A stretch of DNA of 64,000 bases from Naegleria gruberi (taxonomy: Eukaryota). The position numbers and the translations under genes were made by a program. The stretch lies in the NCBI GenBank assembly GCA_000004985.1, contig GG738852.1. One strand, written 5' to 3'. Shown here piece by piece: positions 39,365 through 50,741 of this stretch. How positions within the stretch are numbered: position 1 is the stretch's first letter; every line of letters begins with the position of its first letter. The notes beneath the pieces are model-generated. The model was not told where the DNA came from, did no database searches, and was given only the letters and a program-made list of their open reading frames with translations.

Positions 39365-41089
39365 ATGATTCTGTCAAACATTTCGTTTACAAGTTCTAAA
39401 AAAATGTCATCACACCAATATAAACCATTCAAAAGTAAACTTGTAGAGGAGTACTCGTCGGAAGATTTCCAATCATCGTCTTTTAATGATGTTGGTATGG
39501 AATCAGGTACTCTCTTTCGTTATTTATGTTCATTAGCACATCGATCTCTCGGACTTGATACCATCCACAATTTGATGAAGAAGGGAGAGGATGAATTTCA
39601 TCTGTGGGAACATTGTGATTTAAATGATAGTTTTGATTCTCTGGTGTATGGTGCTTGTGATAGATTAATTAGTGTTCAATGCAGATTCAGAGATCAAGAT
39701 GTCGATTCAACTTATTATTTTCATCCGTTAGTAATTTGGCAAAGATGGCCAATGTTACTTGGATATGCACTCAATTCAGAATTGAAAGGAGAAATTAAAA
39801 GAGAGGAACTGGCTATTGTCACTGAAAATGATTTATTCCTTGCTACTTTAAATACAAACAAGCAAATTGAAAAGTATTTTGGAAGTATTAATGATAAAGT
39901 ATTGGATCAATTGGAATTTAGAAATCAAATTAGACAATTGAAACTTGAAATTGCAAAAGCAAAGAGTAATATTGAACAACATTCCTCAATATTTGTAAAG
40001 CATGAAAAGAAGATTCAAAATCTTCATGAATGTTTGAAACAATTTGATGAAACAGGTTTAAAATCTCTCCTTCTTCCAACAAGTCAATTGTGGAATATTC
40101 ATTTAGGAAATATTGATTTTCACAAACAAGCTTTCGATGAGATTGTCTTTTATTTATATACTTCAAAATTTGTTAATTTAGATAATGATCCAACTGAGAG
40201 CACACTCCTTCCACCTGTTAGATCATTAGAAGATTTAATATTAGGAAAGGATAAGGAATATTTCCAAGAAATATTAACCCTGTTGAACTCTCTTGGTATT
40301 CAACCAATCAATTCCCTTCTATATAAGGATTCAGCCTCTCTCAATAATTTTGAAAGTGAGAGTGAAATTAGAAAGGCAAAAATCTATGACACTCTCTTTG
40401 GAATGCTAAAGGAACAATTAGCTGATGGAATTTTCTTCACAACAACTCAACCACCAAATAATCCCTTGGAAACTCTCAAAAAATTTATGTGCAATTTAAT
40501 TATTGAGCAACAACCTCCAGAAGCTACTGATGATCATGTCGATGAATTTACTGAATTGCCAGAACACTCAGAGGAGCAAATTTTTGGACACAAATCATTC
40601 TTAATGAAACACTGTCCATTCATTGATGTTTTAATTAATAGTGATTTTCAAGAGGCATTCCAAATTAGAGAAACTGAATCAAAGAATGAAATACCGGTCA
40701 TACATGTAGAATGCTCCAACTTTCAAATATTGACAGATATTATTCGATACATTTATAGTAATAGAATTTCAATTAACAAGAGTAATGTATTTGAACTCTT
40801 GTTACTCTCTCAAAAATTAGGACTTGATGATTTAACTGAACTATGTGAAAAATCAGTTCCTGAGATGGATTTCTTTGATTTTGAATTGGTTCAAGTCATT
40901 TCCCTCACCATTTCACTTTCTCTTCCACATTTGAAAAATATTTTCGAGCAAAAGCTATTCTCACAATTAAAGACAATGATAAAAGGAAGATTAATGGGAT
41001 CTGATGAAGCTCAAGTAATTCTGGAACAATGTGGATATTCATTTGAAGAGGTCAATGACTTGCTGGTACAATTAATTTGGGCAGATTAA
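39365..41089 (+). CDS. BTB/POZ domain-containing protein
   Basis: First ATG at 39365. Track start is TTG. C-terminal BTB-like region KSFLMKHCPFIDVLINSDF...IPVIHVECSNFQILTDIIRYIYSNRISINKSNVFELLLLSQKLGLDDLTELC. Confidence 0.6.
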   Translation: MILSNISFTSSKKMSSHQYKPFKSKLVEEYSSEDFQSSSFNDVGMESGTLFRYLCSLAHRSLGLDTIHNLMKKGEDEFHLWEHCDLNDSFDSLVYGACDRLISVQCRFRDQDVDSTYYFHPLVIWQRWPMLLGYALNSELKGEIKREELAIVTENDLFLATLNTNKQIEKYFGSINDKVLDQLEFRNQIRQLKLEIAKAKSNIEQHSSIFVKHEKKIQNLHECLKQFDETGLKSLLLPTSQLWNIHLGNIDFHKQAFDEIVFYLYTSKFVNLDNDPTESTLLPPVRSLEDLILGKDKEYFQEILTLLNSLGIQPINSLLYKDSASLNNFESESEIRKAKIYDTLFGMLKEQLADGIFFTTTQPPNNPLETLKKFMCNLIIEQQPPEATDDHVDEFTELPEHSEEQIFGHKSFLMKHCPFIDVLINSDFQEAFQIRETESKNEIPVIHVECSNFQILTDIIRYIYSNRISINKSNVFELLLLSQKLGLDDLTELCEKSVPEMDFFDFELVQVISLTISLSLPHLKNIFEQKLFSQLKTMIKGRLMGSDEAQVILEQCGYSFEEVNDLLVQLIWAD

Positions 41090-41329
41090 AATTTGAGATT
41101 TGACATAAAAACGTACTGTGGCCACACACAGTAAAATAATTATCATTTTCATTCATTTATTAAATAACTTGGTTGATTTATTTGTAAATAATTCTTCGGA
41201 AGCAAAATTTCCGAAAAGTAAGAAACTTAAAAATAAATTTAAAAAAAAATTGATCAAAAGAACAGGAATCAATCTTCGAGGTCACCTGCACTACTACATC
41301 ATCGGAATCACCAGATTTTTTAGATCATC

Positions 41330-41881
41330 ATGAGCAGCAACGAAATTCCAGATAGCAATGAAGAAAAGATTAATTTTGCTAAAAAATTAAAGGAAGAAGG
41401 AAATGAACATTTCAAGAAGGGCGAATATTTGAAGGCCATCAAACAATACAAGACAATCTTTCTCTATGTAACTGGACTTGATTCGAATTTAATGTCTGTT
41501 ATGGGCGGAAACATGATGAAGGGAGCCTCTTCTGGTCAAAGTCTCTCAGAAACTGAGCAACTCCAAGTTCTTGCCAGTTTGAACCTTTCACAATGCTATT
41601 TGAAATTGAACAAATATGAACAAGCTCTTGATTATGCTCAAAGAGCCTTGAAATTGGAACCATCAAATACTAAAGGTCATTTACGTAAAGCTTTAGCCCA
41701 TGTTGGACTTGGAGATATTGACAATAGTGAAAGAGAATTGGAATTGGTTTCAAAAGAAATTCCAAATGACCCACTTGTCAAACAAGCTTACTCAAAATTG
41801 GAAGAATTGAAGAAACAATACAAGGTCAAGGAAAAGAAAATGATGATGGGAATGTTTGGAAAGGGATTAAGTGATCAATAA
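41330..41881 (+). CDS. small TPR-repeat protein (three TPR motifs)
   Basis: ATG at 41330. AKKLKEEGNEHFKKGEYLKAIKQY and LNLSQCYLKLNKYEQALDYAQRALKLEP are TPR consensus. Confidence 0.6.
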   Translation: MSSNEIPDSNEEKINFAKKLKEEGNEHFKKGEYLKAIKQYKTIFLYVTGLDSNLMSVMGGNMMKGASSGQSLSETEQLQVLASLNLSQCYLKLNKYEQALDYAQRALKLEPSNTKGHLRKALAHVGLGDIDNSERELELVSKEIPNDPLVKQAYSKLEELKKQYKVKEKKMMMGMFGKGLSDQ

Positions 41882-41922
41882 TGTAAATAACATTGTAAAT
41901 ATATTTTCAAAATTAGAACATT

Positions 41923-43251
41923 TTATATAGCAACACCTTTTGGTTCAGTATTGGAACTACCTAGTTTCATTGGCCTCATTGTCGGGAATGTATTTGTGAC
42001 ATCTACGATTGGGATATCTGCAACTACTTGCGATTGAATTCTTGTATATTTGGTACATGGCCACAAATCGTCTGTTGGACATTGTTTTGGATCAAAAGCT
42101 TCAACTTCAAATGAAACTGGATAAATCAAAGTTTCCCAACATTTTGGCATATCGTAGTGTTCAGTTGCTCTGATGGTACTAACTTTACCAAGATGAAATA
42201 ACAAGTTATACTTATAGGCAACCATATATCTATTTCCAAAATAGGCTAGTGAACTTGGTGTTTCTCTTGCAGCAAATTCAGTAAATAAGTGATCTGGAGG
42301 TCTCTTTCCAATTCTCTTAATCAAATGCTCGGCATAAGCTGCAACATCTCCATTTTCATTTCTCATAATGATACCGTTGAGTCCACTTGCAATACGAATG
42401 GCAGCCCATCCATTTTCTCCATATCTAGCATTTGATTTTTCAATCAAGTGTAAGATTGTAGTGAGAGCAAGTTCACAAACAAGAAAATCATCTTCCACAA
42501 TTAGTAAATATTTGGTCTTTTTGTCAACAGAAGAGAGAAAATGTATAACATCTGAGGTTTGTCTGTGTGCAGTTGGAGGAATAATAGATTTTCCATCAGG
42601 AGCTTGATATACCTCACTAGTATCCAATTTGTTAAAATTCCAAACCTTTCTTTCCTCATTTCCATAAGTTGTTTCCTTATATTGATCGTGTAATTTTTCA
42701 AAAAGTTCATGTTTTTCATTTCCTCTCATGTTCATAACATACATGGAGATTAACTTGCCAAGAATTGGATGTTTTTGAAATTCTGCATGATATGAGGCCA
42801 AAGTTGGTGTGAAATAATCAACTTTTAATTGTTGCTTTGGACCTCTTGGTATTGTAGGCATAACAATACCCAAGTAAGGAAGAGTTTTCAAATCCTTGTT
42901 CAGGTAATCAGAAATTCCTTCATAATTTTCCAACTCTATTTCCGTTGGATTTTTAGCAATCCTTCCTGAACCTTTTTGGCGATTTTCATTGTTTTTTTCA
43001 ATATTATTATTATTATTTGGTTTTACCAAGAGAGGTAAAACTGCAGGGTTATTAGGTTTTGTTCCTTCATTACCTTCCAACTGTATTGGTTTCTTTTTCT
43101 TTATAAAAAATCCAAATTGATAAATCACCAGAAACACAAAACACACTCCTAAAATTCCCACCAATAATTTTCGAGGAGTGATCAGTTTTTGTGTTGATTG
43201 GTTTGATGATGGTGTTGCATTGAAATCTCTGCCAAGTGAGAAAGTGGGCAT
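41923..43251 (-). CDS. type II membrane protein, putative Golgi glycosyltransferase (possibly GnT-IV/GT54-like)
   Basis: ATG at 43251. N-terminal signal anchor LLVGILGVCFVFLVIYQFGFF. Luminal domain with YLLIVEDDF (DxD-like) motif. Family assignment is tentative. Confidence 0.45.
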   Translation of the reverse strand: MPTFSLGRDFNATPSSNQSTQKLITPRKLLVGILGVCFVFLVIYQFGFFIKKKKPIQLEGNEGTKPNNPAVLPLLVKPNNNNNIEKNNENRQKGSGRIAKNPTEIELENYEGISDYLNKDLKTLPYLGIVMPTIPRGPKQQLKVDYFTPTLASYHAEFQKHPILGKLISMYVMNMRGNEKHELFEKLHDQYKETTYGNEERKVWNFNKLDTSEVYQAPDGKSIIPPTAHRQTSDVIHFLSSVDKKTKYLLIVEDDFLVCELALTTILHLIEKSNARYGENGWAAIRIASGLNGIIMRNENGDVAAYAEHLIKRIGKRPPDHLFTEFAARETPSSLAYFGNRYMVAYKYNLLFHLGKVSTIRATEHYDMPKCWETLIYPVSFEVEAFDPKQCPTDDLWPCTKYTRIQSQVVADIPIVDVTNTFPTMRPMKLGSSNTEPKGVAI

Positions 43252-43322
43252 TTTTTTCAGTTCTTTTTACACGTTCCAAGCAGCAAAGTCAAGTTTTTCA
43301 GAAACAATTTAAAAAATCAAAT

Positions 43323-44371
43323 TTAATGGATAGCAAGAGTACTTTCACAGACTCCACAAGCAACTTTTCTCTTCTTGTACCCAAAGTATGGTCTAGCAAC
43401 TGCTCCAAGATAACCACCAAACAAGGCCATAATAATCCAAGTGTAACCATGAATGGACATGCAACTAACGCCTGAAAAGTAAGCTCCAATGTTGCAACCA
43501 TAACCGAATTTAGCACCAATACCCATAGCAATACCTCCAATAATCTTTGCAATAGCAATTCCAAAGTTATCCTTAATCCAATCAACAAATCTTGAAATAT
43601 AATTAGAAATGGTGAAAAACACAGAAGCTCTATCTCCATTTTCGTCAGTTCTCTTTGGAGCAAAACTCTTCAAAGACATTCCATCTAGGAAACTTGGGAA
43701 TTTACCCTTCAATAAAGTGGCAATAATGGCACCATAAACAATACCAAAATCAAGAATAAAGTTTGGATTGAAAAGCATGTTAGCCTTTCTAAGATCAGTA
43801 CCCTTCCAAGCAGACCAGCCAGGAACATTTAAATTTGGAGCAATGGCATCCAAAATCTTACAACCAATAATTGCAAATGGACCAGTAAGTCCCATAGGAT
43901 GTTGAGTGATGAGAAGGAAGAAAAAGTTGAAAAAGGCCAAAGCAATACCAGTGCTCATAATATCCCAAGGTCCATAAATTAATTTAAAGATAATATTTGA
44001 AAAGAATTCCTTGATCTTTTGAGATGTAGAAAGTTGAACTTCTTCATTCTCTACTTGATTAATTAATCCTTCTCTAGAAGCTTCTTTTTGCTTTCTCTTA
44101 TTATAGAAATGAACTCCAATAGCAAAAGCAAGTAAAATAGTAATTTGTGTACACATGGCAAAAACTGCAATCAAATATTCCAACCAAGCATGTTTTTGTA
44201 AAAAGGCAATTCCATAACCCTTCTTTAAGAAAGCTCCTGGGAAGAGCAATGAGAGACCGACATGATTTGGGAATGAAATGTTCCAATCTCCTGCACTTTG
44301 CAAAGCAGTAGCAATAACACTTCCAGCAACAAAGAAAACCAACAAATATACACTCCATAAACTACCAGCAC
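43323..44371 (-). CDS. YeeE/YedE (Sulf_transp) family membrane protein, exon 3
   Basis: Acceptor aattatag ends at 44372. Second-half motif IGGIAMGIGAKFGYGCNIGAYFSGVS (GxGCxxG). Confidence 0.6.
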
Positions 44372-44417
44372 CTATAATTTAAATATTATAGAAAATTGAA
44401 TTAATCAGTGAACATAC

Positions 44418-44460
44418 CAATGGTAAATAAGGTACCACTTGCACAAGCATCACCCAATTG
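44418..44460 (-). CDS. YeeE/YedE family protein, 43-nt microexon
   Basis: Acceptor caaacag ends at 44461. Donor gtatgt at 44417. Encodes QLGDACASGTLFTI, which completes GFGM-QLGDACASG, the first-half conserved Cys motif. Confidence 0.55.
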
Positions 44461-44504
44461 CTGTTTGTCAAGTTAGTGAAATATTTCACATCGTGATTAC
44501 TTAC

Positions 44505-45185
44505 CATACCAAAACCGAACAAGAAACCTCCCAAAATGATTGAGATAGTCATTGGTGAAGCTTCTGGGGCGTACATTTTCCATCCAGCAGCCTTATCGAT
44601 AATGTATAACATTGAAAAGAGGAAGGTAGCAATTGCAATCATTACTGCATGAGCTTGCATTGTTGAAAATTGTGGTAATACTTTTGAAGGTGGTAAGATA
44701 TTCTTCATTTTCTTTTCCTCATCCTCACTTTCCTCCCTCAATTCAATCATGACTGGTTCATATTGTTGTTTATATAAAACTCTAAAGTGAGCTCCAAATC
44801 CAAAAGCTCCTTGAATCAAAACAAATCCAAAACTAACAGAAACCAACATGAGTAAACCAAGTTTCCATGTTGGAGCTCCTTTCAAATCATGTTCTCCAAA
44901 ATATGCTCCTGCAAATCCCAACACGGAAAGAATAATAATAATTGCCAAAATGTGTGATGTAATTCTTCTCCACCCTTTCACTTGTTCCTTCCATTTAGTG
45001 CAAGATGATGATTTTTCTTCCAATGATGATGACGGAAGTGATGAAGAGTTTGGTATTGTTGAATAGGGAGATGAATAGAGTGCTGCATTATTATTAATGA
45101 GTGGTTTGGAAACCTCTCCTCCTTGATGATTTCTGAACGACATTTTTTTGAACACAAACGAGATTTCAATGGAGCGAGAAACCAT
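44505..45185 (-). CDS. YeeE/YedE family protein, exon 1
   Basis: ATG at 45185. An alternative ATG at 45143 has a better A-rich context. Ends ...ILGGFLFGFGM with donor gtaagt at 44504. The ORF-track C-terminus (VSNHDVKYF...) is intron read-through. Introns are 44 and 46 nt. Confidence 0.55.
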
Positions 45186-45609
45186 GTGATCGCCGAAATT
45201 ATTTGGTGAAGAATACTAGTTGACAATTTAATGGTTTAGAATGAAAATCTAATAAATCTAATTGATATTCTCTACTCTCTCAGTACCAAAGTGGAAGGTT
45301 TCAAGGAGTTTTGAGGAGTTTGATATTTATTGGATTTTTTTGTAAACATTGTTTCTATTCAAGATTTTATAAAAGGATTTTTAATCTTACCTTGCTACTG
45401 TTAACTTACATTTAGTATTAGTGATTAATTATTTCTAGAAAGGAAGAGAACATGACATTACATTCATCTAATACAACCAACAAATTATTACTCGTAAATA
45501 GTTGTTGTTTATCATCAGTAAAAAATTTAAACGCAAACAACTCTCCTCATCTTGGTTGTTTCCTCTTAATCAACATCACCATCAGTTAAATAAATTATTT
45601 AAATTAAGG

Positions 45610-46410
45610 ATGAGAGTTGTTGTGGAGTCTTCCAGAAAGGATCGTGTTGGATTCGTCATCACAATTGTAATGCTCTGTGCAATTGTTTTATTATTTGCAA
45701 CTGGGAGTGTTCACTCAGCAAAGACATTAAAAACCTCCAAAACAACAAAAACCTCAACAACAACAGCTATTAAGGAAGGTATTCCAAACATTTCTATTGA
45801 TAACTTTGGAGATATACAATTCATGAATGTGGAACACTCTCTCACAGAAGAAGTGGCTAGTAATCTTACCAAGACAGACCTCTCTATTCAGGTTGGAGAG
45901 ATGGTTTCAAAACAATTATCCAAAATCACCAATGTAAGGGAATCATTCCTACATGCTGATCCATTCGGAACTGTGTATCAAATTGAAGATTTTTCCAAAA
46001 CAACTCAATCCTTAATGACCAACAGTAACAACGACACTAAATTACCACCATTGAAATTAGAATTAACATTTGATAAGAAAAATCCAAATAGTGATAATGC
46101 AACCCGATACTTGGATATTGTTACTCCAGTGACACAAATATTGAATAATGAAAACAATCCAGTTGCCTACTGTGTTGGTAGGGCTGCATCTAATTTGTTA
46201 GCCAATCAAATAACTCTTCAAGTATTGGCTGATCTTTATGGAAAAGTCTCCACTCAATACTTGTCTTCTAAATTTACATTTGAGGTTTCAAAGAGTTCCT
46301 ACGAGAAGGAATTGAATGTTTACAATCCTATTGTGAAGAGGTTCAACAAAGCCTTAGAGAATATGAAGAATCTTATCAATACAAAGAAAGAACTTCTCTC
46401 CAAACAATAA
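45610..46410 (+). CDS. hypothetical secreted/type II membrane protein
   Basis: First ATG at 45610 (MRVVVESS). Track start is TTG. Hydrophobic FVITIVMLCAIVLLFATGSVHSA, then an S/T-rich spacer and a globular region with one Cys. Confidence 0.4.
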   Translation: MRVVVESSRKDRVGFVITIVMLCAIVLLFATGSVHSAKTLKTSKTTKTSTTTAIKEGIPNISIDNFGDIQFMNVEHSLTEEVASNLTKTDLSIQVGEMVSKQLSKITNVRESFLHADPFGTVYQIEDFSKTTQSLMTNSNNDTKLPPLKLELTFDKKNPNSDNATRYLDIVTPVTQILNNENNPVAYCVGRAASNLLANQITLQVLADLYGKVSTQYLSSKFTFEVSKSSYEKELNVYNPIVKRFNKALENMKNLINTKKELLSKQ

Positions 46411-47325
46411 ATTACTCCCTCTTTTTAAAATTGATTACTTGATAATTATCTGTGTTAAAAATCCGAAAAGATTCTAATTTAATTATTATAATAATTTTAA
46501 ATCTTTTTTATAATAATTGATTAACTCGTCCGTGGTTACAATATTGAAGAGTAATCTATTAAACTATGTTACTAGCAATAATTAAATACAACTGTAGAAT
46601 AAAACATACTACAAGATCTAGAATTGTCTCGCTTTGCGTATAATAGTAATTTGAAATTACTGGAGAGTACCTAAAAGTAACATGCCAGCTTTCACACCAT
46701 AATCAAACTTTGTAATCCAAATACATCAGGAAAACTTGGCCCGATTGAACAATTATCTATTATTACTTTTAAATACTTTCATCTTTTCAATAAAAAGTGT
46801 CAGAAAAAGTGATTCTAACAAAAACATCATCCCTTCAACTAACACGTGTTTGACTCTCAACGTTGAGCTGCCAACACCATACATCCAATCGTTTTTTGTT
46901 TGCTTCCGTAACAAACCGAACTTTCAGTATTGTAATCACCTTGATTTGCGTCATTGGTTCCATTTCATTTCTTCATCCTTGCCTATTTTAAGTTTCACAG
47001 TTCACGTTACCAACTGTTGTGTGTAACAACAAACAGCTGTTTTACTCCCACCACGCATCAACAAACTCCTTTCTTGCCCTCTGCCTATTTTCTCTCTGAG
47101 GCAAAGTGTCTTTGAGGAGTGACTCAACGGTTAAGATAATTTTAATAACTACATTAGCTAAAAAAATTTTGCAAACAAGAGAGGTCCTGACCACGTTCAG
47201 TCTTTTTATTCCTCCTCATCCTCTTCCAACTATTTACTGTTGTTTATTAATCCAACCACTATTGATTGTTCAACTATTCTATCACTAGCACCAATAACAA
47301 CACTTGTGTACATACATTTAAAAAG

Positions 47326-49239
47326 ATGAGTTACGCCTCCCCAACAAATAACTTTGACTTTGAATCCCTCTTCTTAGAAGAAGAACAGGAAGTACCACTC
47401 AACTTTTATCAAAGTCCAACTGAAAGTTTATTATCAACTAGTAGCAGTGGTACCGATCATACCAATTCTTCTAATGAACAACAACAACAAATTACCTATG
47501 ATGTTATCAGTGATGGTTATGTTTTTGGTAACGACTTTGATATGAATGCTCAAAAGCAAAAGGGTTTAAAACAAGAAGATTTGGCTGCTGCTAATCCATT
47601 CTATAATCAAACTAATACTCCAAATGCTAATAATCAATTCTCCTCACTTAATCCACTGAATAACTTTATGTATAATCAAAACCAAAAACCAGGTTTTATG
47701 GGATATCAAAATCCACAATTGATGGGACAACTTGGAATGTACTTCCCACACACCTTCCCTAATGTATTCCCACAATTCGGTAATCAACCATTCCCATTCC
47801 CAAACAATAATCTTATCTATACATCACCAAATACATCACCAATTGGTCTTGCAACAAGTCCAAACTCGAATAATAGTAATGGTGTTACACCTTCATCGAA
47901 TACATCAAATAGTACAACTGCTACTACTACTTCAGCAGCCACTACACAACCAGCTGAATCTAAAACAAAGGCCTCCAGAAGAAAATCAGCAAAGAAGAAT
48001 ACTAAATCAACAACAACCACAGCAACTACTACAACAACTACTTCTTCAACAACATCCAAGAATGAAGAAACAACTACAACAACTAGTCCTTCTACAACCA
48101 CTTCAGATGAACAAAAATCGACAAAGGCCTCTACACCAGAACCAACAGACTCTGATAACTCTAATCAATCCTCTGAAAAGGAAGAAATTGACTCTTCTTC
48201 ATCTTCATCTGAAAAGAAATCTGAAGAAAAGAAGAGAAAGAGAAAATCCAAGAAGGATGGTAAAGATGGTAAAGCTTTGACTCCTGAAGAAGAAAAGGAA
48301 TTAAAGAGACAACGTCGTCTCATCAAGAATCGTGAGTCTGCTCAAGCTTCTAGAGAACGTAAAAAGATTTATATTCAAGGTCTGGAAAAGAAGGTTGATG
48401 GTCTTGCCCAAGAATTCAATGAATTACAAGGACACGTTGTATCTTTGGAAGAAGAAAATGAAATTCTCAGACAACGTTTAAAGATGCTAGGTGAACATGT
48501 TGAAGAACCAAGCAATAAGAAGAGAAAGATGGCTCCAATGACATCTTCTGGACAAATGAAGGTACCAATTCCAATGGATTCCAGATCATTTGCCAATCCA
48601 TTCATGTTAGATTTTTGGAGTCTCTTTGGTATGCAACAACAATTGCAACAAACACAACAAGCTGCTCCTGACATGGCTCAACTCAATCCAAGAGCTGCCT
48701 CATCATCTAGAAGAGTTGTCATGTTTATTATGTTGTTCTGTGTTGCTATGTTTTTGGTTTTACCACATTCTTCTGATATCAAGTTTGATAGTCAAACTAC
48801 TACTACTACAACAACTGAACAAACTGAATCTGTTACTAGTAGATTGAGTCCAGCTTCCAGAAAGCTTGCATCAACAGATCAAAAGGATACAATGGTAGAT
48901 GTTTCTATAGATGCGTCCCAAAAACCGTTTGTTGATGAGGACTTTAAGAAGAATGTTGCTGAAATTTATCAAACATTCCAACAAGTCAGATCTGAAGCTT
49001 CTGAAAATTCTGAAGAATCTGAAAAGCCAACTATTGATGATTTGGCTTCCCGTATCAATGTTGTTTTTGATACTGACAAGATTTCTCTCTCCTTCCCAAA
49101 GTCTATTTTGGTTAAGAAGGAAGAAGAATCTGATGAAATGGTAGATGAAGAACAATTCTCCAACTCAACCTACGATGAAAAGATGTCCTCACTTTCTACT
49201 AAACTTTTGAAGGAAATTTGTCGTGTTGTCAACCATTAA
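47326..49239 (+). CDS. membrane-tethered bZIP transcription factor (CREB3/ATF6/OASIS-like architecture)
   Basis: First ATG at 47326 (MSYASPTNNF). Track start is TTG. Basic region KRQRRLIKNRESAQASRERKK. Leucine heptads. Then a C-terminal TM helix VVMFIMLFCVAMFLVLP and an S/T/E-rich luminal tail. Confidence 0.75.
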   Translation: MSYASPTNNFDFESLFLEEEQEVPLNFYQSPTESLLSTSSSGTDHTNSSNEQQQQITYDVISDGYVFGNDFDMNAQKQKGLKQEDLAAANPFYNQTNTPNANNQFSSLNPLNNFMYNQNQKPGFMGYQNPQLMGQLGMYFPHTFPNVFPQFGNQPFPFPNNNLIYTSPNTSPIGLATSPNSNNSNGVTPSSNTSNSTTATTTSAATTQPAESKTKASRRKSAKKNTKSTTTTATTTTTTSSTTSKNEETTTTTSPSTTTSDEQKSTKASTPEPTDSDNSNQSSEKEEIDSSSSSSEKKSEEKKRKRKSKKDGKDGKALTPEEEKELKRQRRLIKNRESAQASRERKKIYIQGLEKKVDGLAQEFNELQGHVVSLEEENEILRQRLKMLGEHVEEPSNKKRKMAPMTSSGQMKVPIPMDSRSFANPFMLDFWSLFGMQQQLQQTQQAAPDMAQLNPRAASSSRRVVMFIMLFCVAMFLVLPHSSDIKFDSQTTTTTTTEQTESVTSRLSPASRKLASTDQKDTMVDVSIDASQKPFVDEDFKKNVAEIYQTFQQVRSEASENSEESEKPTIDDLASRINVVFDTDKISLSFPKSILVKKEEESDEMVDEEQFSNSTYDEKMSSLSTKLLKEICRVVNH

Positions 49240-49452
49240 TTTTGTAAATAAATCTAGTTTTTTTAATTAAACCTCAGACATTGATACAATCTTATTTATT
49301 GAAATAGTATTAATAAATAAACCTGAGAGACCACAAATAGTATTAATAAGCTGGAGTGTTTGAGGAGTATTCAAGGAGTTACTGAACAATAAAACAAATT
49401 AATTCTGAGAATAGCTTTCTGGACAATTCTCACAATTTAAAAAATCAAAAAA

Positions 49453-50682
49453 ATGCTTTCAAAAACACTTTTCAACAGAAAGTCAGCATCAGTCTTTCAA
49501 CAATACACCAAGTCTTCATTATCCCAAAGACTCTTTTCCACCACTACTAATTTATGCAATAATAACACATCATCAATTAATAGAGTTGTTTTTTCGGGAA
49601 TTCAACCAACAGGAAATCTTCACCTCGGAAATTATTTAGGAGCTGTTAAAAATTGGGTTACATTATGTAATGATGATAACATTCAACAAATTGAAACCCT
49701 GATCCATCCAAAGGATAAGGAAACACAAAAACCATCAACAATTCCACTCGATGGAAGTGGTCCATTATTTCACAAGAAATTCTTTTGTGTTGTTGATTTA
49801 CATGCCATCACAGTTCCTCAAGATCCTAAAACCCTCAAAGAGTCATCATTTAATTTAATTGCCATGTTGCTTGCCTGTGGATTAGATCCTAAAAAGTGTT
49901 CACTCTTTTTCCAATCTCAAATTCCAGCTCACTCTCAACTTTCTTGGATTCTTGGATGTTTTATTACAGAAAATAGATTAAAGAGAATGCATCACTATAA
50001 GGATAAAAAGAATGATCTCAGTTCAATTGGTTTAGTGAGTTATCCTGTATTAATGAGTGCTGATATTTTACTGTATAGTTTAAAGGGAAATGAATTGTAC
50101 ATTCCAGTTGGTGACGATCAAAGACAACATTTGGAATTGGCACAAGAAGTTGCTCAACAAATGAATTTCAAATTTGATGGATTGTTTGATGTTCCTAGAG
50201 GAATTTATCCACCTCATGCCTATCGTGTTATGAGTTTGAGAGATGGCACTAAAAAGATGAGTAAGAGTGATACAAGTGACATGTCTAGAATTAATTTAGT
50301 TGATGAAGATGATGTCATTCTTCAAAAGATTAAGAAGGCCAAGACTGACACATTGGATGGGCCTATTTACTATAATAAGGATACAAGACCTGAGGTTACA
50401 AATTTGATAGATATTTATGCAGCATTGAGAGGAATGACAGCAGAACAAGTTGTTCAATCCTATTCCCACATTACTGAACAAGCTAATTCTAAATTCAAAA
50501 AGGAATTGGCAGAGGTTGTTATCGAATCTATTAGGCCAATCAGAGAAAATTACAAACACTACTTGAATAACCCGGAATTCATTCATCAAGTTGTTCAAGA
50601 TGGTGCTGATTATGCTAATCATGTAACACAAGTGGCACTTCGTGAAATTATGGACCAAGTAGGATTCTACAAGAAACCTTAA
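49453..50682 (+). CDS. tryptophanyl-tRNA synthetase, bacterial/mitochondrial type, with N-terminal presequence
   Basis: HIGH-type IQPTGNLHLGNYLGA. KMSKS. MLSKTLFNRKSASVFQQY presequence. Confidence 0.85.
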   Translation: MLSKTLFNRKSASVFQQYTKSSLSQRLFSTTTNLCNNNTSSINRVVFSGIQPTGNLHLGNYLGAVKNWVTLCNDDNIQQIETLIHPKDKETQKPSTIPLDGSGPLFHKKFFCVVDLHAITVPQDPKTLKESSFNLIAMLLACGLDPKKCSLFFQSQIPAHSQLSWILGCFITENRLKRMHHYKDKKNDLSSIGLVSYPVLMSADILLYSLKGNELYIPVGDDQRQHLELAQEVAQQMNFKFDGLFDVPRGIYPPHAYRVMSLRDGTKKMSKSDTSDMSRINLVDEDDVILQKIKKAKTDTLDGPIYYNKDTRPEVTNLIDIYAALRGMTAEQVVQSYSHITEQANSKFKKELAEVVIESIRPIRENYKHYLNNPEFIHQVVQDGADYANHVTQVALREIMDQVGFYKKP

Positions 50683-50741
50683 TAAACATCAGCTTGAAAG
50701 CTGGTTGGAATATAAATAAATATATGGGAGTAGAAATTGAT

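Noticed and set aside
41110-41140. Hairpin tactgtg-gccaca-cacagta after the BTB gene stop, considered as a functional RNA or mobile-element terminus.
   Set aside because: It is a single short 7-bp stem with no flanking repeat, target-site duplication or ORF. It could simply be a 3' UTR structure.
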